Origin: Saprolegnia diclina VS20
Taxonomy: Eukaryota
Assembly: GCF_000281045.1 (NCBI RefSeq)
Contig: NW_008246129.1
Location: forward strand, 81,316 to 145,315
Direction of reading: 5' to 3'
DNA length: 64,000 nt
The translations under genes were made by a program, and so were the position numbers. This document shows positions 36,703 through 50,175 of this stretch, piece after piece (positions within the stretch are counted from its first letter, which is position 1; each line of letters opens with the position of its first letter). The notes under the pieces were generated by a model. The model did not search any database. It saw nothing but the letters and a program-made list of their open reading frames with translations, and was not told where the DNA came from.

Positions 36703-37564
36703 GGTAGCACGTGTCCTTTGGCGTCGACGGGATCTTCCAAAGTGTTTTAAACGCATGGACGATTGAATCATTCCTGTAGTTTCATACCTGTAGTTGGAAA
36801 CAACGAGTGTTTTATACACCTGATGGGCATGAGAGAATCTGAAGGCAGGGCGATGACAAGGCATCTCTTGTGTCCAACCGCAGCATTTGCGTCCGCTTCA
36901 ACTACGCCCAGGGCGTTTGGAAGAGCTCCCTTGGACCGTCTGGCCGTGACGTGGAGTACCAAGAATAGTCAGCATTGATTGGTTCTTTTCTACTTCTTTT
37001 TGGCCAATCCGTTTCGCCTTGATCGGGTCTCGCGTCGAATCCGCAGCTCTGAGATGCCAAAATCAAAGTCGGAAACGAACTCGCTTAAACTTGGCATGTC
37101 GATAGAAGATACTTTGGAGAGTTCAAAGCGCCTATTCACGTCATCGTCCGAGTTGTGTAGCCAAGTTAGCCCAAGTAATTAATTCATCGTCAAAGATTGC
37201 ATGCCCATCAAAACATGTGTTTCGACTGGCGGTTTCACGTTGCGATAGCGACCGCAAGAAAATACTTTAGTTTGCATTCATATGGCTCAATTCGCGCTAT
37301 ATATGCGTCTCAGAAAAAACGTACCATGCATGGCCATCACACGCTTCGAGGAATGTGTCCTACCCCTCTACCCCAGTCGTCGGGTGTCAGGGGCATTTTG
37401 TCCACCGCTGAAAAGAGTTCCAACGAGTTCCAAAAGTGCTCTCATTGGCGCGCGTTGCATAGCCTACGCTGTGATTGGCCAATGCTAAGATTTGGCTGCG
37501 TGCAATTAGCCACACCCTCCTGCCCGAAATGACGTGCACCGCAAGTAGTCTTGGATTGGCCAAA

Positions 37565-38339
37565 ATGGCGGCAGCACGAAGTGGGCGCCGAGGGATTGCC
37601 GCCGTGACGCTGGACGCGACGGGGACGCTCTTTCGTCCGCGGGAGGCCATTGGGACGACGTACCTCAAGCACGTTGTCGCCGTCTGTGGTCCGCCTCCAG
37701 CGCCCGCCTCCGGATCGTACGAGGCCGAAATCACCGCCGCGTTCAAGCACTCGTTCCGCGCCGAGCTTGCCGCGTCGCCCAACTTTGGCCGTGTCGATTC
37801 GGCGGCGACCGCGCAGCCGTGGTGGGGACGCGTCATCTTTGCGACGTTCCCGCCTGCGCTGCAGGCGCACGTCGGGTCTCGTAAGGACGAGCTCCTCGCG
37901 ACGCTCTACTCGCACTATGCGACGCGTGCTGCCTGGGAGGTACTGCCGAGTAGGACTGCGCGGTGGACGCCTGACGATGGCCTAGGTCTTTGACGACGTG
38001 CATCCAGCGCTGCGCTCGCTCCAGGAGCGTGGTGTGCCCATGGGAGTCGTTTCCAACTTTGACGAGCGGCTCGAGTCCATTCTCGAGACGCTCGACCTGC
38101 GCGGCTACTTTGATTTTGTCTTGACGTCGTGGGATCACGGCGTTGCCAAGCCGGATGCCAGTATCTTTCATCGCGCAGCCGAGCTGCATGGCATCACCGA
38201 TGTCGACGGCCGCGGGATGTTGCACATCGGCGACGATGCGACCAACGACCTCTTTGGCGCCCGAGCGGCGGGGTACTCGGGTGGCCTCGTCGACCGTAGC
38301 CGGCAAGTGACCTTGACGCAGCTGTTGCAGGAGCACTGA
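37565..38339 (+). CDS. HDHD3: HAD-superfamily hydrolase, HDHD3/REG-2-like (2 exons)
   Basis: VTLDATGTL, GVVSNFDERL, GVAKPDASIF, LHIGDDATNDLFGARAAG. Confidence 0.85.
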
Positions 38340-38388
38340 ATGGAAATAATATTGAAAAATGGTTTCGAAAGACTCTATGGGACGCTGT

Positions 38389-39582
38389 TTACAGCTCGTC
38401 CTTCTCGGGCGTCTCGTCCTCGTCGGCAGCGTCCTCCGTCTTGGATTCATCGTCCTTCTTCTCGGCTTCCTCCTTGAGCTTGCGTTCGGCTTCCTCGGCC
38501 TCCTTGCGGTGGTCGTTGAGCTGCTGGATCTTGGCGAGGACCTTGGTCTCGTGGGCCTCGAGCTCCGACTTGCTGTCCGTGACAAGGATATCGTCAAAGA
38601 GCGTGCCCGACTTGACCTGCCAGAGCTCGAAGCCGATGGCGCCGCAGTCCTTGCAGACGTTGTACATGTGGTCGTCCTCGAACCAGTCGGGGTTGGCGAT
38701 CACCGGGTGCACCCACTCGCCCTTGTACTCGGGGTTGTCGATCATCTTGGGCTTCCACTCGCCCTTGTAGGCCGGGTTTTCGATCATGGCCGGCTCCCAG
38801 TCACCATCGTCCTCATCATCCCAGTCTTCGGGCTTCTTAGCCGACGGGTCCGGGATCGTCTTGGGGATATCATCCCAGCCAGCGGGCTTCTTGTCAGCCG
38901 GGTCGGGGATCTTGGCAGCATCGACCCACGAAGCAGGCTTCGACTTGGACGGGTCCTGGATCTCCTTGGCGGGCTGGAAGGCCCAGTTTTCGGCGAGCGA
39001 GCCCGACATGATATCGACACCGTCAATCTTGACGTTGTACTTGTTGTCCTTGGTCAGCTCGAGCGTGTACAAGTGGGCGTCCTTGTCCTTCTCGGCCTTG
39101 ATGTCCGTCTTATGCTCCAAGTTCTTGGCCTCGTCCTCGTTCGGGCGCTGGTAGTTGAAGATGAGATGCGTCTTGCGCGTCGTGCCGCAGACATCCGGGC
39201 CAAACATGATCGAGTACGGCGAGTCGCCCGAGAACGTCTCGAGGTCCGTGTTGGCCGGCAGGAGCTTGACGTACGCGCCGCCGCAGTCAATGTCCTGCTC
39301 AAACTTGACGAGGTACGAGAGAAAGAGGTCCTTGTCCTTGTTGTTGAAGACCTTGTCGAGCTTGGTCGACGCCGCGTAGAAGCGCGCGTCCGTCTTGGTC
39401 TGGATCGCCTTGTCCGCGTCGTCCACGAAGACGTCGCCGGGCGTGTGCGTGAACTCGGCGCGCTCGTGGGCGGGCTTAAAGGTCGACGGGACCCAGTTGT
39501 AGGACGTAAAGTCGTCTTGGAAGTAGACTTCGGCCGAGGCCATCGAGGCCGCGAGCGCCAGCGCCGAGAACGTCTTGACCAT
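38389..39582 (-). CDS. CALR: Calreticulin (397 aa, intronless)
   Basis: Signal peptide; VKFEQDIDCGGAYVKL, YSIMFGPDVCG; P-domain repeats KPxxWD; FELWQVKSGTLFDDIL; C-terminal KDEL. Confidence 0.97.
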   Translation of the reverse strand: MVKTFSALALAASMASAEVYFQDDFTSYNWVPSTFKPAHERAEFTHTPGDVFVDDADKAIQTKTDARFYAASTKLDKVFNNKDKDLFLSYLVKFEQDIDCGGAYVKLLPANTDLETFSGDSPYSIMFGPDVCGTTRKTHLIFNYQRPNEDEAKNLEHKTDIKAEKDKDAHLYTLELTKDNKYNVKIDGVDIMSGSLAENWAFQPAKEIQDPSKSKPASWVDAAKIPDPADKKPAGWDDIPKTIPDPSAKKPEDWDDEDDGDWEPAMIENPAYKGEWKPKMIDNPEYKGEWVHPVIANPDWFEDDHMYNVCKDCGAIGFELWQVKSGTLFDDILVTDSKSELEAHETKVLAKIQQLNDHRKEAEEAERKLKEEAEKKDDESKTEDAADEDETPEKDEL

Positions 39583-39590
39583 GGTGTTGG

Positions 39591-39604
39591 AAATTCGAGA
39601 ATGA
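39591..39604 (-). promoter_or_regulatory. Oomycete INR+FPR-like core promoter of calreticulin
   Basis: Minus-strand TCATTCTCGAATTT 8 nt upstream of the ATG, nearly identical in sequence and spacing to the motif at 10342. Confidence 0.55.
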
Positions 39605-40907
39605 CAAGTTGCGAATCCTGGGGGCCGCGCCGGATGCCCTCCGATCGTATCCGGCAAGACACGTGGCGCCAGCGCATACAAACGCCAAGTGCACGCGGGT
39701 GAACACGCGGCCGATCCGGATACGGAGCAGCGTGCGGCCGGCGAATCTTCCAGAAATGACCGTCATTTTATTCGATGGGCACGGCTTTATCTTGGATGTC
39801 GTATGTGAAAGCCATGGAGACTATTTAAATACGTTGTTGAAGTTGCTCCCAGCGCTGACGTGGCAGACCATGACAGTGGCGCAGCAACCGTGTGCACTTT
39901 GGGAAGCACGGACGACGACGACGCGCGATTGAGGGGAAGAGCAAGTAGCGAAGAGGGTGGTCCCCCGTGTTATGCACTGGCCCATTGCCATGACAAGTCC
40001 TGGCAACCTAGTGGCTCTAACGGTTAGAGCCACTGGGGTCTGCCACGTGGACCGCAAGCAGCCAAGGATGTAATGGTCCGTAATGACGTGGTCCCGTGGA
40101 GATGTACGCTTGCCCGCGCGTTGCATGGAACGTGCCGTCATTGCATGCAAGAGCGATCGACCTCTTTTTTGCAGCGCTCGCATGCGCAACGACACTGAGA
40201 GCCCATGAGCATTCGCCAGCGCTTCCTAACCAAGACAATGCCACTGGGTTAGGATCGTCCGAGGCGCGCTAGAGATGGCGTGATCAAGCACAACTACATC
40301 CTCCGCATGCAGCGCCGTTGTCGTCACCGCTTCCCTACGATACGTACTGTCCACTCAGAGGACCATTCAGGCACCGAAGCATTCTAGACCATCGGCCTGT
40401 CAAACTACGTGGCGTGCATTGGGACAGAAACTGAGAAGGCAGATCAAGTACAATGACGAGTGAGAAGACAGCGAGACGGATGGCAGTGTGTGTCTCGTCG
40501 GGCTGGGCGCTTGGCCTGCACATCTGGTACGCGAAACAAACCGCGGGAAGAGCTGCAGCTTCGTGGCAGTGCATTGCGCTCTCAGGAAGCTGACATGCTG
40601 GAGAATTGAGGCGCCATCAAAGCGCATGGGTGATCGCAGGCCGAAACGTAGCTCTCTACCAGGCCGCAAGACTACCCGTGTAAAGTGCCGAATGATGCCG
40701 TTGATGTCACCGCTGGAGGCGCGGGGATGTACCTGCGTCAACGTGTACTATTTAAATCTGTTTTGCTTTCTAGCCTTATCCACTGCCGACAGCTAATGCC
40801 GACAACTCCGTGCAGTGGTTGCTGTGTTTGCTGGCACTTCGGTAGCCGCTTGAAACGGACGATGCTATTCTTATGCACATTGCCCTCGTCGCCGCCATCT
40901 CGGGTCC

Positions 40908-41774
40908 ATGGACTTTCTCGTCTGCGCCGGCACCGCCATGAGCGAGAAGACCAAGAAAGGCCCCGTGCGTCAGCAGGCCAAAGCGCCGCGTATCATTCGC
41001 CGGTCGCCGCGCCCCGAGGCCGCCACCGTCGACGTATAGCAGCCATTGCCATTTCTCCCTGAGTCGTCTCTTGTAGCACGCAACACTGGGCATGCGGCAG
41101 CTCTACACGCGAAAGACGGCGGCACCCGCCAAGCTCCATGCACGCCGCGTGTACCAGAGCCCTTGCGAGCGCGTCCAGTCGTCCAAGAACCACTACGACC
41201 TCGCCGTCTCGTCCGCGCCTGGTAATTCATATTGATTTATTGAGGTCGAACTTCGTGGGCTAAAGTAGAAGCCGTCGGCAACAACGAGAGCCCGCGCCGA
41301 CATCTCGCAATCTCCAAGTCCGAGGGTCACGTGCGTAGAAATGCTGGAGGCAAGGCTTACCTCGGCTAGGTCACGACGACGACGATGAGCAACCAGCAGA
41401 GTACTAGTGCTGAAGACACGCTGTCGTCGCCCGTGTCGCTGGACCGGTAGCAATCCTCTCAAGTATTACATCTTGATGCCTGTTGTAGGGTCGCCTTTGA
41501 GAAATCGCTGCGGGGGTTCCAAGTGCACGTGGAGGAGCTGCCCGAGGCGGTGTACTTCCCGCCCATGTCCCCGATTGGGCCGTGGATGACGTCTTCGCCA
41601 ATGCCGCCGAGTGCTGTCACCGAGCCCTTGTCACCCCGCAGCCGCCTTCTCGCCTTCTCCAACGAGAGCCAACCGATCCTGCGTTGTGCGTCGGCGACAG
41701 TCCGTAAGACTGGCAAACCGCGCCGCCCTCGGTCGTCCCAGCCCCGTCCAACGCCACACGACGATCTTCTCTGA
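40908..41774 (+). CDS. Hypothetical low-complexity multi-exon protein
   Basis: Plausible exons (MDFLVCAGTAMSEK..., ...YQSPCERVQSSKNHYDL..., ...VEELPEAVYFPPMSP...DDLL*) with GT-AG gaps; no domain recognised. Confidence 0.35.
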
Positions 41775-42030
41775 TTGTATAGCCTCAAACCGCAATACCA
41801 AGGCAATATTCCATGGCCTGCTCTAGTCCAATGTACTTGAGCAAAACTGCAGTGGTCTCTGGACGAGATTATGCAGGTCGCTGTGTAATACCGGCCGGAT
41901 CGTCTTTCAGTGTCAATGAGTTGGATCGTCATTTCGTCGCAGCAGAATAGCAAACCCATCCGGCTTCGAGAGACTGTCCGAGTACATATGTATTGAGATT
42001 AAACGAACTAGATGCAGAAGAGAACAAGAA

Positions 42031-45000
42031 TTAGGACACTTCGAACGCCGGGTCGTTGGCGTCTGCGCCGAGTTCGACCTTGATATCGGACGTGTCCAGC
42101 GGTGCCACGACCGCCGACGCCTTGTTGTTGCTGCGATCGACGACGTCCTTGTCGTGGGCGGGATGGAGCTTGGCGGTGGACGTCGCCAGAAGGAGGTCAT
42201 CGACACCGTCGTCTTGGTTTCCGTCCGAGGAGGCGTCCCCAAACACTTGCTCAACGAGAGCCAGGACGACATGCGTCTCCCCGTCGAGGTTGCTGAGGTC
42301 GCCAATCTCGGCGTCGGCTTGCAGAAACTGCCAGATCCACGGACGCACCCACGTCGTTTGCGCCTGCACCTACCAACATTGATGAAAACATGTCGACGAT
42401 CGGGATCGCACCTCGGCCGACTGTACGAAGGCTCCAACGTCGCTGTGCGTCGCGGCGTGCGTGAGCACGAAGTCCAGGAGGTAGTACGTGTAGTGGTGCA
42501 AGCTTCGGTGATGGCGAAAGTAATAAGCGACTTCGAGCGCTCCGTCGTCTGCTGAGAAGAGCGCTTCGATGCGGGCGCACCGGTGGCCGTCGTCGTCCAC
42601 GGTAAGGAGACCGCCAAGGAGTTCAAACGTCGTTTCAAGCAGCGTCGACGTCTTGACACTGTCCAGCACCGACAGAAGCGCCTTGACGACGGCAACGGCG
42701 TCCGCGTCCGTAGCCACCGGCGCTTGGACGCAGCGCAGCACAAACGTCTCGAAGCCGAGGGCGAGCGCACAGCAGAGTCGCGTTGGATCGAGCAGCAGTT
42801 GCATGTCCTGATGCGGCAACACATCGTTGGTCGCTTCGAAGAGCTGCGGCAACAGCAATGTCTCAAGTGCGAGCGTGGCAACACGAGCCGACGACTGCTG
42901 GGCTGCCAACTGCTCGGGCACGGACGCGGACGTCGACTCGACGCCGTCGACCGCTAGTGATGCGCCAAAGTGATAGCCCATGTGGCACGTCGTGCGCAAG
43001 AGGCGGCGCACGATTGGCTCATTGATGGCGCGCGACAGGAAGTCACCGAGAACGCCGAGCGCCGACCCGAGCACCCCGTTGGCGAGCACGGTCGACGCCG
43101 TCGGTCCCGCGACCTCGATCGTGTCGCGCTGGTAAAAGACACTGACGCACTCGTCGAGAAAGTTGGCCAGTAGCGTCGTGTAGTCGTCGGTGCCCCCATG
43201 CGCCAAGACGCCAATGCAAGCGAGGGCGACATCAAAGAAACCGGTGCGGAGCCGCGTGTCGGTGCAGAGGTGCACCACGTCAAAGAGCCGCGTCCGGCGC
43301 TGGACGTATTCGCCGATCGCAATGGTGCCAGGTGCTGTCGGGAGCAACTCGGCGACCGCGTGCGCAAGAAACCACGCGGCAAAGTCGCTCGTCGGTGACA
43401 ATAGTGGCGCGAGCAAGCCCGCCACGTCGATTTTTGGCGCGCTGCTCAACAGTGCAAAGTCAAAGAGGATCGACGCTGCGACAGTCGACGCTTGCGCATC
43501 ATTGTCTCGCGTCTCTGCGTCCAGTGCCGCGTCGCGTACGTGCTGCAGGAGCCGGACGTAGCCGGCGTCAAACGCATGCAGCAGACTTGAAAACGCTTGG
43601 TTCTCGGCCTCCACTGTCGCGATCGCCTCGGCCACGTGGGTCGTCGGCGGCATCCGCGCAGCCACTGGAGGCGCGTCCACCTTGTCGTAGAAGAGCATGT
43701 AGGCGCTCCGGCGCTTGGACTGCGCCGTGGCCACGTACCGGCGGGTGCTCGAGTCCCAGCGCTCAACGACTTCGTCGCCGCCAAAACACTCGTCGCGCAA
43801 GTGCTGTACTTCAAAGGGGCGCACGGTCTGGTCGTTGCATTCGACCCACGAATCACGGGCATCGCGCAAGAACGAGTAGTAGTGGCCCGTGTCGCACGTG
43901 CCACTGTGAACGACGACACCGCGCAGGGCGTAGAGTGCCTCGCCCGCCTTGCCGTCGAGGCCGTCGGACGTGAACGGGTGCATGTCGAGGCTGTTGGGAA
44001 ACTCGAGCAGGTCGTTGAGTTTGCATTTTTCCATCGTGTCAAAGTCAAACTCAAACCGCTTGAGGTGCACGACGAGCGTCTTGGGCAGCGACTGAAGGCA
44101 GACGCGCTTGAGCGCCTTCACTTTGGTCTGCGCGACTTCGCAAAAGTAGGCGTTATCGCCCTCGAGCGTCTCGCCTTGCACGTACGCTGCGAGGGAATCT
44201 GCGAGCGTCGCCTTGTGCTGCACGTCGACGCTCAGCGCAAAAAACGGCTCGTCGCGCGCCGAGACGTGCCCGTGCTCGGTGATGATCTGGTTGACGAGGC
44301 GCCCGCCAAAGCCGAGCGTCGCAGGCGTCACGAACGACTCGACGCGGTCGAGGAGGACGCCAAAGAACTCGTCGGCGTCCATCTGCACGCGCACGTCTGT
44401 TGGCTGACCGTCCTCGTCCTTGTGCGAGACGCAGAACGCTGTCGGGTCCACAAACTTGCGGACGGTGGACTCGAGCCCGACAAAGACGCGCTGGAGTTCG
44501 CGCACCTCGTCCGCTGCCGACGACGACGCGTCAACCGAAGTTGAAAGCAGTGCGTACCGGAACGACTGCAGGTGAAAGAGCTGCTGCACCAGCGCGTTCA
44601 TGTAGCAGGTGCAGCCGGGATTGAAGAGGCCGGCGGACGACGACGACGACCGCGCTTCGTCGAGCGGTGCAAACGCCCACGGCCGTCCGACACGGTCGAG
44701 GACGTCGAGGGCTTCGGTCTGGAACGCCACGAGCAGTTGCAGCACCGTGGGCGCAATGTGCACGGGGTCCTGTGCGACAAAGCGCTCGATAATGTCGAGC
44801 GCAAGTCCGCGAGCGAGCGCCGAGTAGCATGATACACCCTCGCTTCCAAAGAGAAGCGAGTGCCACAGACTGGACACCATCTCGGGCGTCGGCATCACGA
44901 CGTTGGCCGAGACGAGAGTTTGCAAGAGGCGCAGTAGCCCGACCAAGACGCTGTCGGGCGTCGAGCCAATGCGTTCCGAGCTCGTGTGCGCTAGCACATG

Positions 45001-48000
45001 ATGCAGCAGCGTCGCTCCAAAGCTCGACGCGCTCAGCCACGTCGTGGTTGCCTGCAGCGGGAGTGCTGCTGCCAAGACGTCGGTCGCCAGTGCAAAGAAC
45101 GCATCGTTGGCTTCGGACGCCGTGACGGTTAGGGCGATGGCGCTGACAGCTTGCGCGACATCGGGCAGCATACTTCGTCCGTGCTGGCGCAAGAAGCCCG
45201 TGAATGCGTCACAGATCCGGTCGCGGGTCCCGGCATGTGGACAGTGAAGACCAATCGCCCGAAGCCACGGCTGCCACTGGCCTTGGAAATGCGTGTGCAC
45301 GTACGCCGGGTCGCGGGCGCCAAGCAAGCTGGCGATGTGCATGGCGGCGTCGACAACAGACGACATGTCGTCCGACATCATCTCGGCCAACGTATGACGC
45401 TCAATCGCGTCCAAAAGCAAATGTACGATATGGCCTTCGTCCACGGCGCGGTGAAACGCTGGGAGGCTCTCGGCCACGAGCTGCTGGTCAAAACGCGACG
45501 GCAGCGCAGATGGCAGCGCGTCGAGCCCCCAGATGTACCCAATCACACGCAGCGCGGCCGCTAAACACGTCATTTCCAACGTCGACGACGCTGCTGGTGG
45601 CCACGCGACGATCGCGTTGTAGAGGTGGAGCGCGCCACCGAGACGCACGAAGCGTTCGCGCCATTGCCGACGCGCCGCATGCTCGCCCGAGACATCGTCC
45701 GCCGGCAGCAAGAGTGCCTCGACGATGCGAAGCCCGTAGAGCAGGCGGTGCGCGTTCGATGTGTCGAGCAAGCTTTCCCAGTGCACGGCACTCGACACTG
45801 AGTCCCGAAGAAGGACCATGCGGTCCAAAAGCTTGCGATTCGTCGGAAGCGACGAAAGAAGGTCCCACGCTCCGTCGCTTGTTGGCGACGGCCACTCTAA
45901 GACGTGAAAGAGCGCGTCAAAGTACTCGTCCGTGTTGACCACGGCTTCGTCAATCGTTGACGGCGCCACTTCCTTCACCGTCACTTGGATCGGTGGGGGC
46001 AGCGGATAGACACGTGCGACCCGCTGCAATGACGCGGTCCGAGACTCGTACGAGTCGTCGTTTGGCGCATCGTAGTCGTTGAGCGCTTGCAAAACCGACT
46101 GCTTGAGAATGCGCGCGCCATCGATAGGCTTGGCGGGCGACGGGAGCACTGAGAGCTCCGGGGGCGCCGCCTTGGCTGGCGCACACGCTGTCAAGAAGCG
46201 GTGCAAGAGCGCGACACAGCGAGTCACAAGGTGCGCGTCATCGCTACTCGAGGTGTTTGCGGTGACTTGGGCCTTGGCTCGGAGCAGGTGCCCCATGCAC
46301 GTGTCAGTGAACTCGCGCTTGCACACGTCGGCGTCCACGTGAACGTCCAAGTGGTATGCGATGAGGTGGTCCATGCACGTCTCAACGACGTCGCCATTCG
46401 CATAAAGCGCCAAGTGCCACAGCTCCGAGAGCCCCACGAGGTTGCCAAGAGGCAGCACAACAGCGCAGCGCACGTCATCGTCGTCACTTGGCAGTGGTTG
46501 CAATGACTGCAGCGCCAAGTTGACCGACTGGAAGAGCAGGTGGAAGCACTCGAGCGCATCGACAGAGATGAGCCGGCTCGGCAGCGATCCAAACTGGCGT
46601 AAGATGTGCACGCGCAGATCATGGTCGAGCAACGTCATCGTATCGTCTGGTAGGAGCTGCTCGCAGAGCTGAAACCACTGGAAGCAAAGATCGGCTTCGG
46701 ACGACGTTGCAGCCGACGCAATGCAGTTGTGCCAGAGCGTATTGAGCTGCGACGGGCTCAATCGCGTGCCGTGGTTGGCCAACAGCACGAGCAGCCAGCT
46801 CCCGTGCAGCGCCAAGAGCCGGCATTTGTATGGCTCTAGCGCGTCGCCGCTCTCGGCGTGGCCGCGGGCTTTGAACTCGGAGAGCTCGTTCAAGAGACCT
46901 GTCAAGATCGTCGGCTGGAGGTCCGCGACCTGCTGCTCGGTCAGCCGGGGGCGGTAGCCTTCCGAGAAGAGCCGGCTAAAGTGCGACAGAAAGTGCAGAG
47001 CTGCGCGCACTGCTTCTGGCGTTTGGCTCGAGCGGACTTGGATGAGGTGGAAGCAGTCGACAAAGATATCGCCCATGGCCTCGCCAAGGAGCGCGTGCAG
47101 CGTTTGAATACACATGTCCATAGTCGCAGCGCAGCGGTCAGTCTTGAGCGCCTCCCAGAGGTGCGTGGCCACTGTTTGATGGTTTTCGCTGCCGTGGTCG
47201 TTGCGGGCGGCCGCGCGGAGCACACTGAGCGCTGCGCTGTCAATGGTCGGCAGCGACGCGACGCGGCCGAGGACGTGCGCGACGCTCTGCACGTTCGAGA
47301 CTATGTCGACGAGCAGCTCGAGTGTCGTCGTGAGAAGCGCTTCGTGGCGGCCCTTGCTTGCGTCCATGGCCACGCTCCAGACAAGGTCGAGGTGCTCCGC
47401 CGCGACGCCGCTCTCGCCGGCGTAGATGTCAAAGATGGGCGCTGCTCGCTTGAGCATCTCGGCATGCATTGTGTCCCCGAAGAGATGCCCCAGTACCTGC
47501 ACGGAAGTAGTCAAGAGATGTACTACACAGGTCAATTGTACCTGGTGCGCGTCAAGCCAAGCCACCGCCATCGGTGTCGGTAGCTGCTTGAGCGTCTCCG
47601 TCATGTCGGCCAAGCCATGCAACCGCTTCTCGAGCGAGCGACACTCGAGCGCCTTGTGCGCAATCTGCGATCCAAGTGAGTACTTTTCTGCACAAAAAGG
47701 GCGACCTCGAGGGTGAGGGTGTGGAGGAAGTGGTCGTGCGTCGGGCTCGTCAGTATCTCAAAGAAGTGCACAACATCGCCGAGCTCGCTGCGCTGGACGG
47801 ACGAGAGGTCCGGTGGCAACGCCGCCACATGCGCGACCATCGCGTCGCTCAATGCCGGAAGTAGCTCGAGCATGAAGGCTGTCGCAAGCTGGTCCTTGAC
47901 AACCGCAATGCACTTGATCGCGCACACGACAGCGTTGAGCTCAAACGGCTGGCTAATACGGTACTCGAGATCCTCGTTCTCGTCGTCTGTGGCCGGGTCA

Positions 48001-48632
48001 CCCGCCCGCTGCAGCGGCAGCGACGGGTCGAGGTTGCACAAAATGGCGTCGAAGCCGCCCGCTTCGATAAACGCATCAATGTTCTTGGCCAGCAGCTCCG
48101 AGGTTGCGCCATCGCTCTCTACGGCATTCGACATCGGAACACAGCCTTTCCAGTCCCAACGTACGAGCAGCGTCGTTGAGGTAGAAGGCGCGGTTGTCAT
48201 CCATAAGGCGGTAGAGCGTCGGAAGCATGCTGGGGTCGCCCACGCGCAGCCGCGACACGACGCACTCCAGTGTAAACTAGTCACGATGAGTATGTTCTCA
48301 AGAGCTCGGGTGAGTAGTACCTGGAAAAAGTCGTTTACGGTCGCCGCGACCGTGTCGGCAAACGGCCGCGCCAGAAGGACCTGCACGTAGTGCTCCATGT
48401 AGTCGGTCACAAGGCGCTCCTCAGCGTCCGCTAGCACACAATGAGTTGCAGGTAGCTTGCTGGATGCAGTCGTACCCGGAAGCGCGCCGGACGTGACGAC
48501 CTCGACGATGGCCGAGAGCGCATACGTCGGGTTGGCGTCCTTCTGGACGTCGTCGCAGAGACTGGTGCATGTACCATCCAGGTCATCGAGGATCGCGCGG
48601 CAAAGGCGTAGGACCCGGTCCGAGTCCTCCAT
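42031..48632 (-). CDS. Large ubiquitin-specific protease (USP9/USP24/USP34-like, peptidase C19)
   Basis: Cys box GLFNPGCTCYMNALVQQL; QMDADEFF; HLKRFEFD; His box GVVVHSGTCDTGHYYSF; SAYMLFY; long helical N-terminus; 1750-aa main exon. Confidence 0.93.
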
Positions 48633-48854
48633 GAGGGTTGCTGCCTCTTTGCCGAGTAAGCTTCCGTTTCACTGCAAGACGACGCGCTCGTTCAAGTGCG
48701 CCTTCCGGTCGCATACAAGATACCATATAGTTTCATTAAGTGCGCCATCCGTTTTGGCCAAATTGCGGTTTCTGCTGTGGCATACAAAGAGCAAGTGTTG
48801 CATGACCACCGGTTTCGTGGTGGTTTTGGATTCCCAAGGGTCACTTGCAGCAGC

Positions 48855-49125
48855 ATGGACGCAGCGACGCTCGCCGACCTCCGCGCCAAGTACGCGACCA
48901 GCGCGCCGGCAACCACGCCGTCGCCGCACGTCTATGGCGGCGCGTCCACGCTGCGCATCTGCGACCGCTGCCACGGCCAGCGCATCGAGCGAGTCCCGTA
49001 CAACTACATGGTGCTCGAACAGACGTGCTCGGGTAGGGCAAATCGCTGGTATGCGTGGCTCATGGCTCTGTTGCGTAGCGTGCGATGGCGAAGGCGTGCT
49101 AGCGGTGCAGCGAGGCCGACTGTAG
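48855..49125 (+). CDS. Small standalone DnaJ-type zinc-finger protein (~75 aa, 2 exons)
   Basis: CDRCHGQR...TCS|ACDGEGV after splicing a short GT-AG intron. Confidence 0.65.
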
Positions 49126-49239
49126 TAGACGAGCCATTATAAGCTGGGCAGCTTCGGCCTGTCCAAAAATCGTGTTATGTGATACGGCTGGAGCCGTCAG
49201 ATTTCGATTTCCTGTGCTATCACAGCCCTCCATCGCACG

Positions 49240-49968
49240 ATGATGGCCACCGTGTCCCATGGTATTCCTCCGCTCGCAGAGTTATCGCCGGTGGGCGACG
49301 ACTTGTTGCCTGCCTTTGACTTCGACACGATCGACAACAGTGAGAGTGGAAAGGAACTCCACGACGATGAGATGGGCTTTCTCTGCGACGTGCTCTTCTT
49401 CAACGAGCCGACCACCGCCCCCGTTGACGACTTTTTCGACTGCCCTCTGGACTTGCTTCTCGCGCCCGACGCCACGGACGACGAGGCGAAGAAGATCTGC
49501 GCCATTGACGGGTGCCACAAGCGCGTTCGGTCGCGCGGCCTGTGCAAGGCGCATGGCGGTGGTCGCCGCTGCTCCGTGGCTGGTAAGACCTCGTTGTGAC
49601 TTAACAGGACCAAATTCTCACTCAAGCAATAGGCTGCATCAAGAGCAGTCAAGGCCGGGGACTCTGCATTCGCCACGGCGGCGGCCGGCGCTGCCAAGAG
49701 CCCGGCTGCTCTCGCGGCGCCCAATCGAGCGGTCGATGCAAAAACCACGGCGGCGGTATCCGCTGCCGGGCCCCCGGGTGCACCAAGAGCAGCCAAGGCG
49801 CAGGGTACGTCCTTCTAAATACGACCACTCGGAGACGCATACTACGGTAGGTTTTGCCGCACGCATGGTGGCGGCAAGCTCTGCAAGCACCCAGGTTGCA
49901 AGAAGGGCAGCCAGCGCAAAGGCTACTGTGCTACCCACTGCCACACCCATGCGATCAGTCGCACGTAA
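49240..49968 (+). CDS. WRKY19-like C3H zinc-finger repeat protein (3 exons)
   Basis: Five CxxxGCxKxxxxxGxCxxH(GGG) repeats after an acidic N-terminus; family common in oomycetes. Confidence 0.85.
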
Positions 49969-50175
49969 CCACGTCATAGCATGATGTACAACAACGATAT
50001 TGAACTTCGATGCGTCGTGGGAGCATGATGAGGTCCCAGCTGCCTCAAGACTCAGAGTGGCAGAAAGGACAATATTATGCGGTTGGCCCCTCGGCCTGCC
50101 ACGTCAGACAAATCGATTCCTAGAGGACCTCGTAAACTGTATCGGTCTAGCGCTTGCCTCGGCGTATCCGACGCG

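Noticed and set aside
38359..39702. 447-aa plus-strand ORF opposite calreticulin
   Set aside because: Antisense shadow; hydrophobic runs mirror the acidic/Lys-rich sense codons
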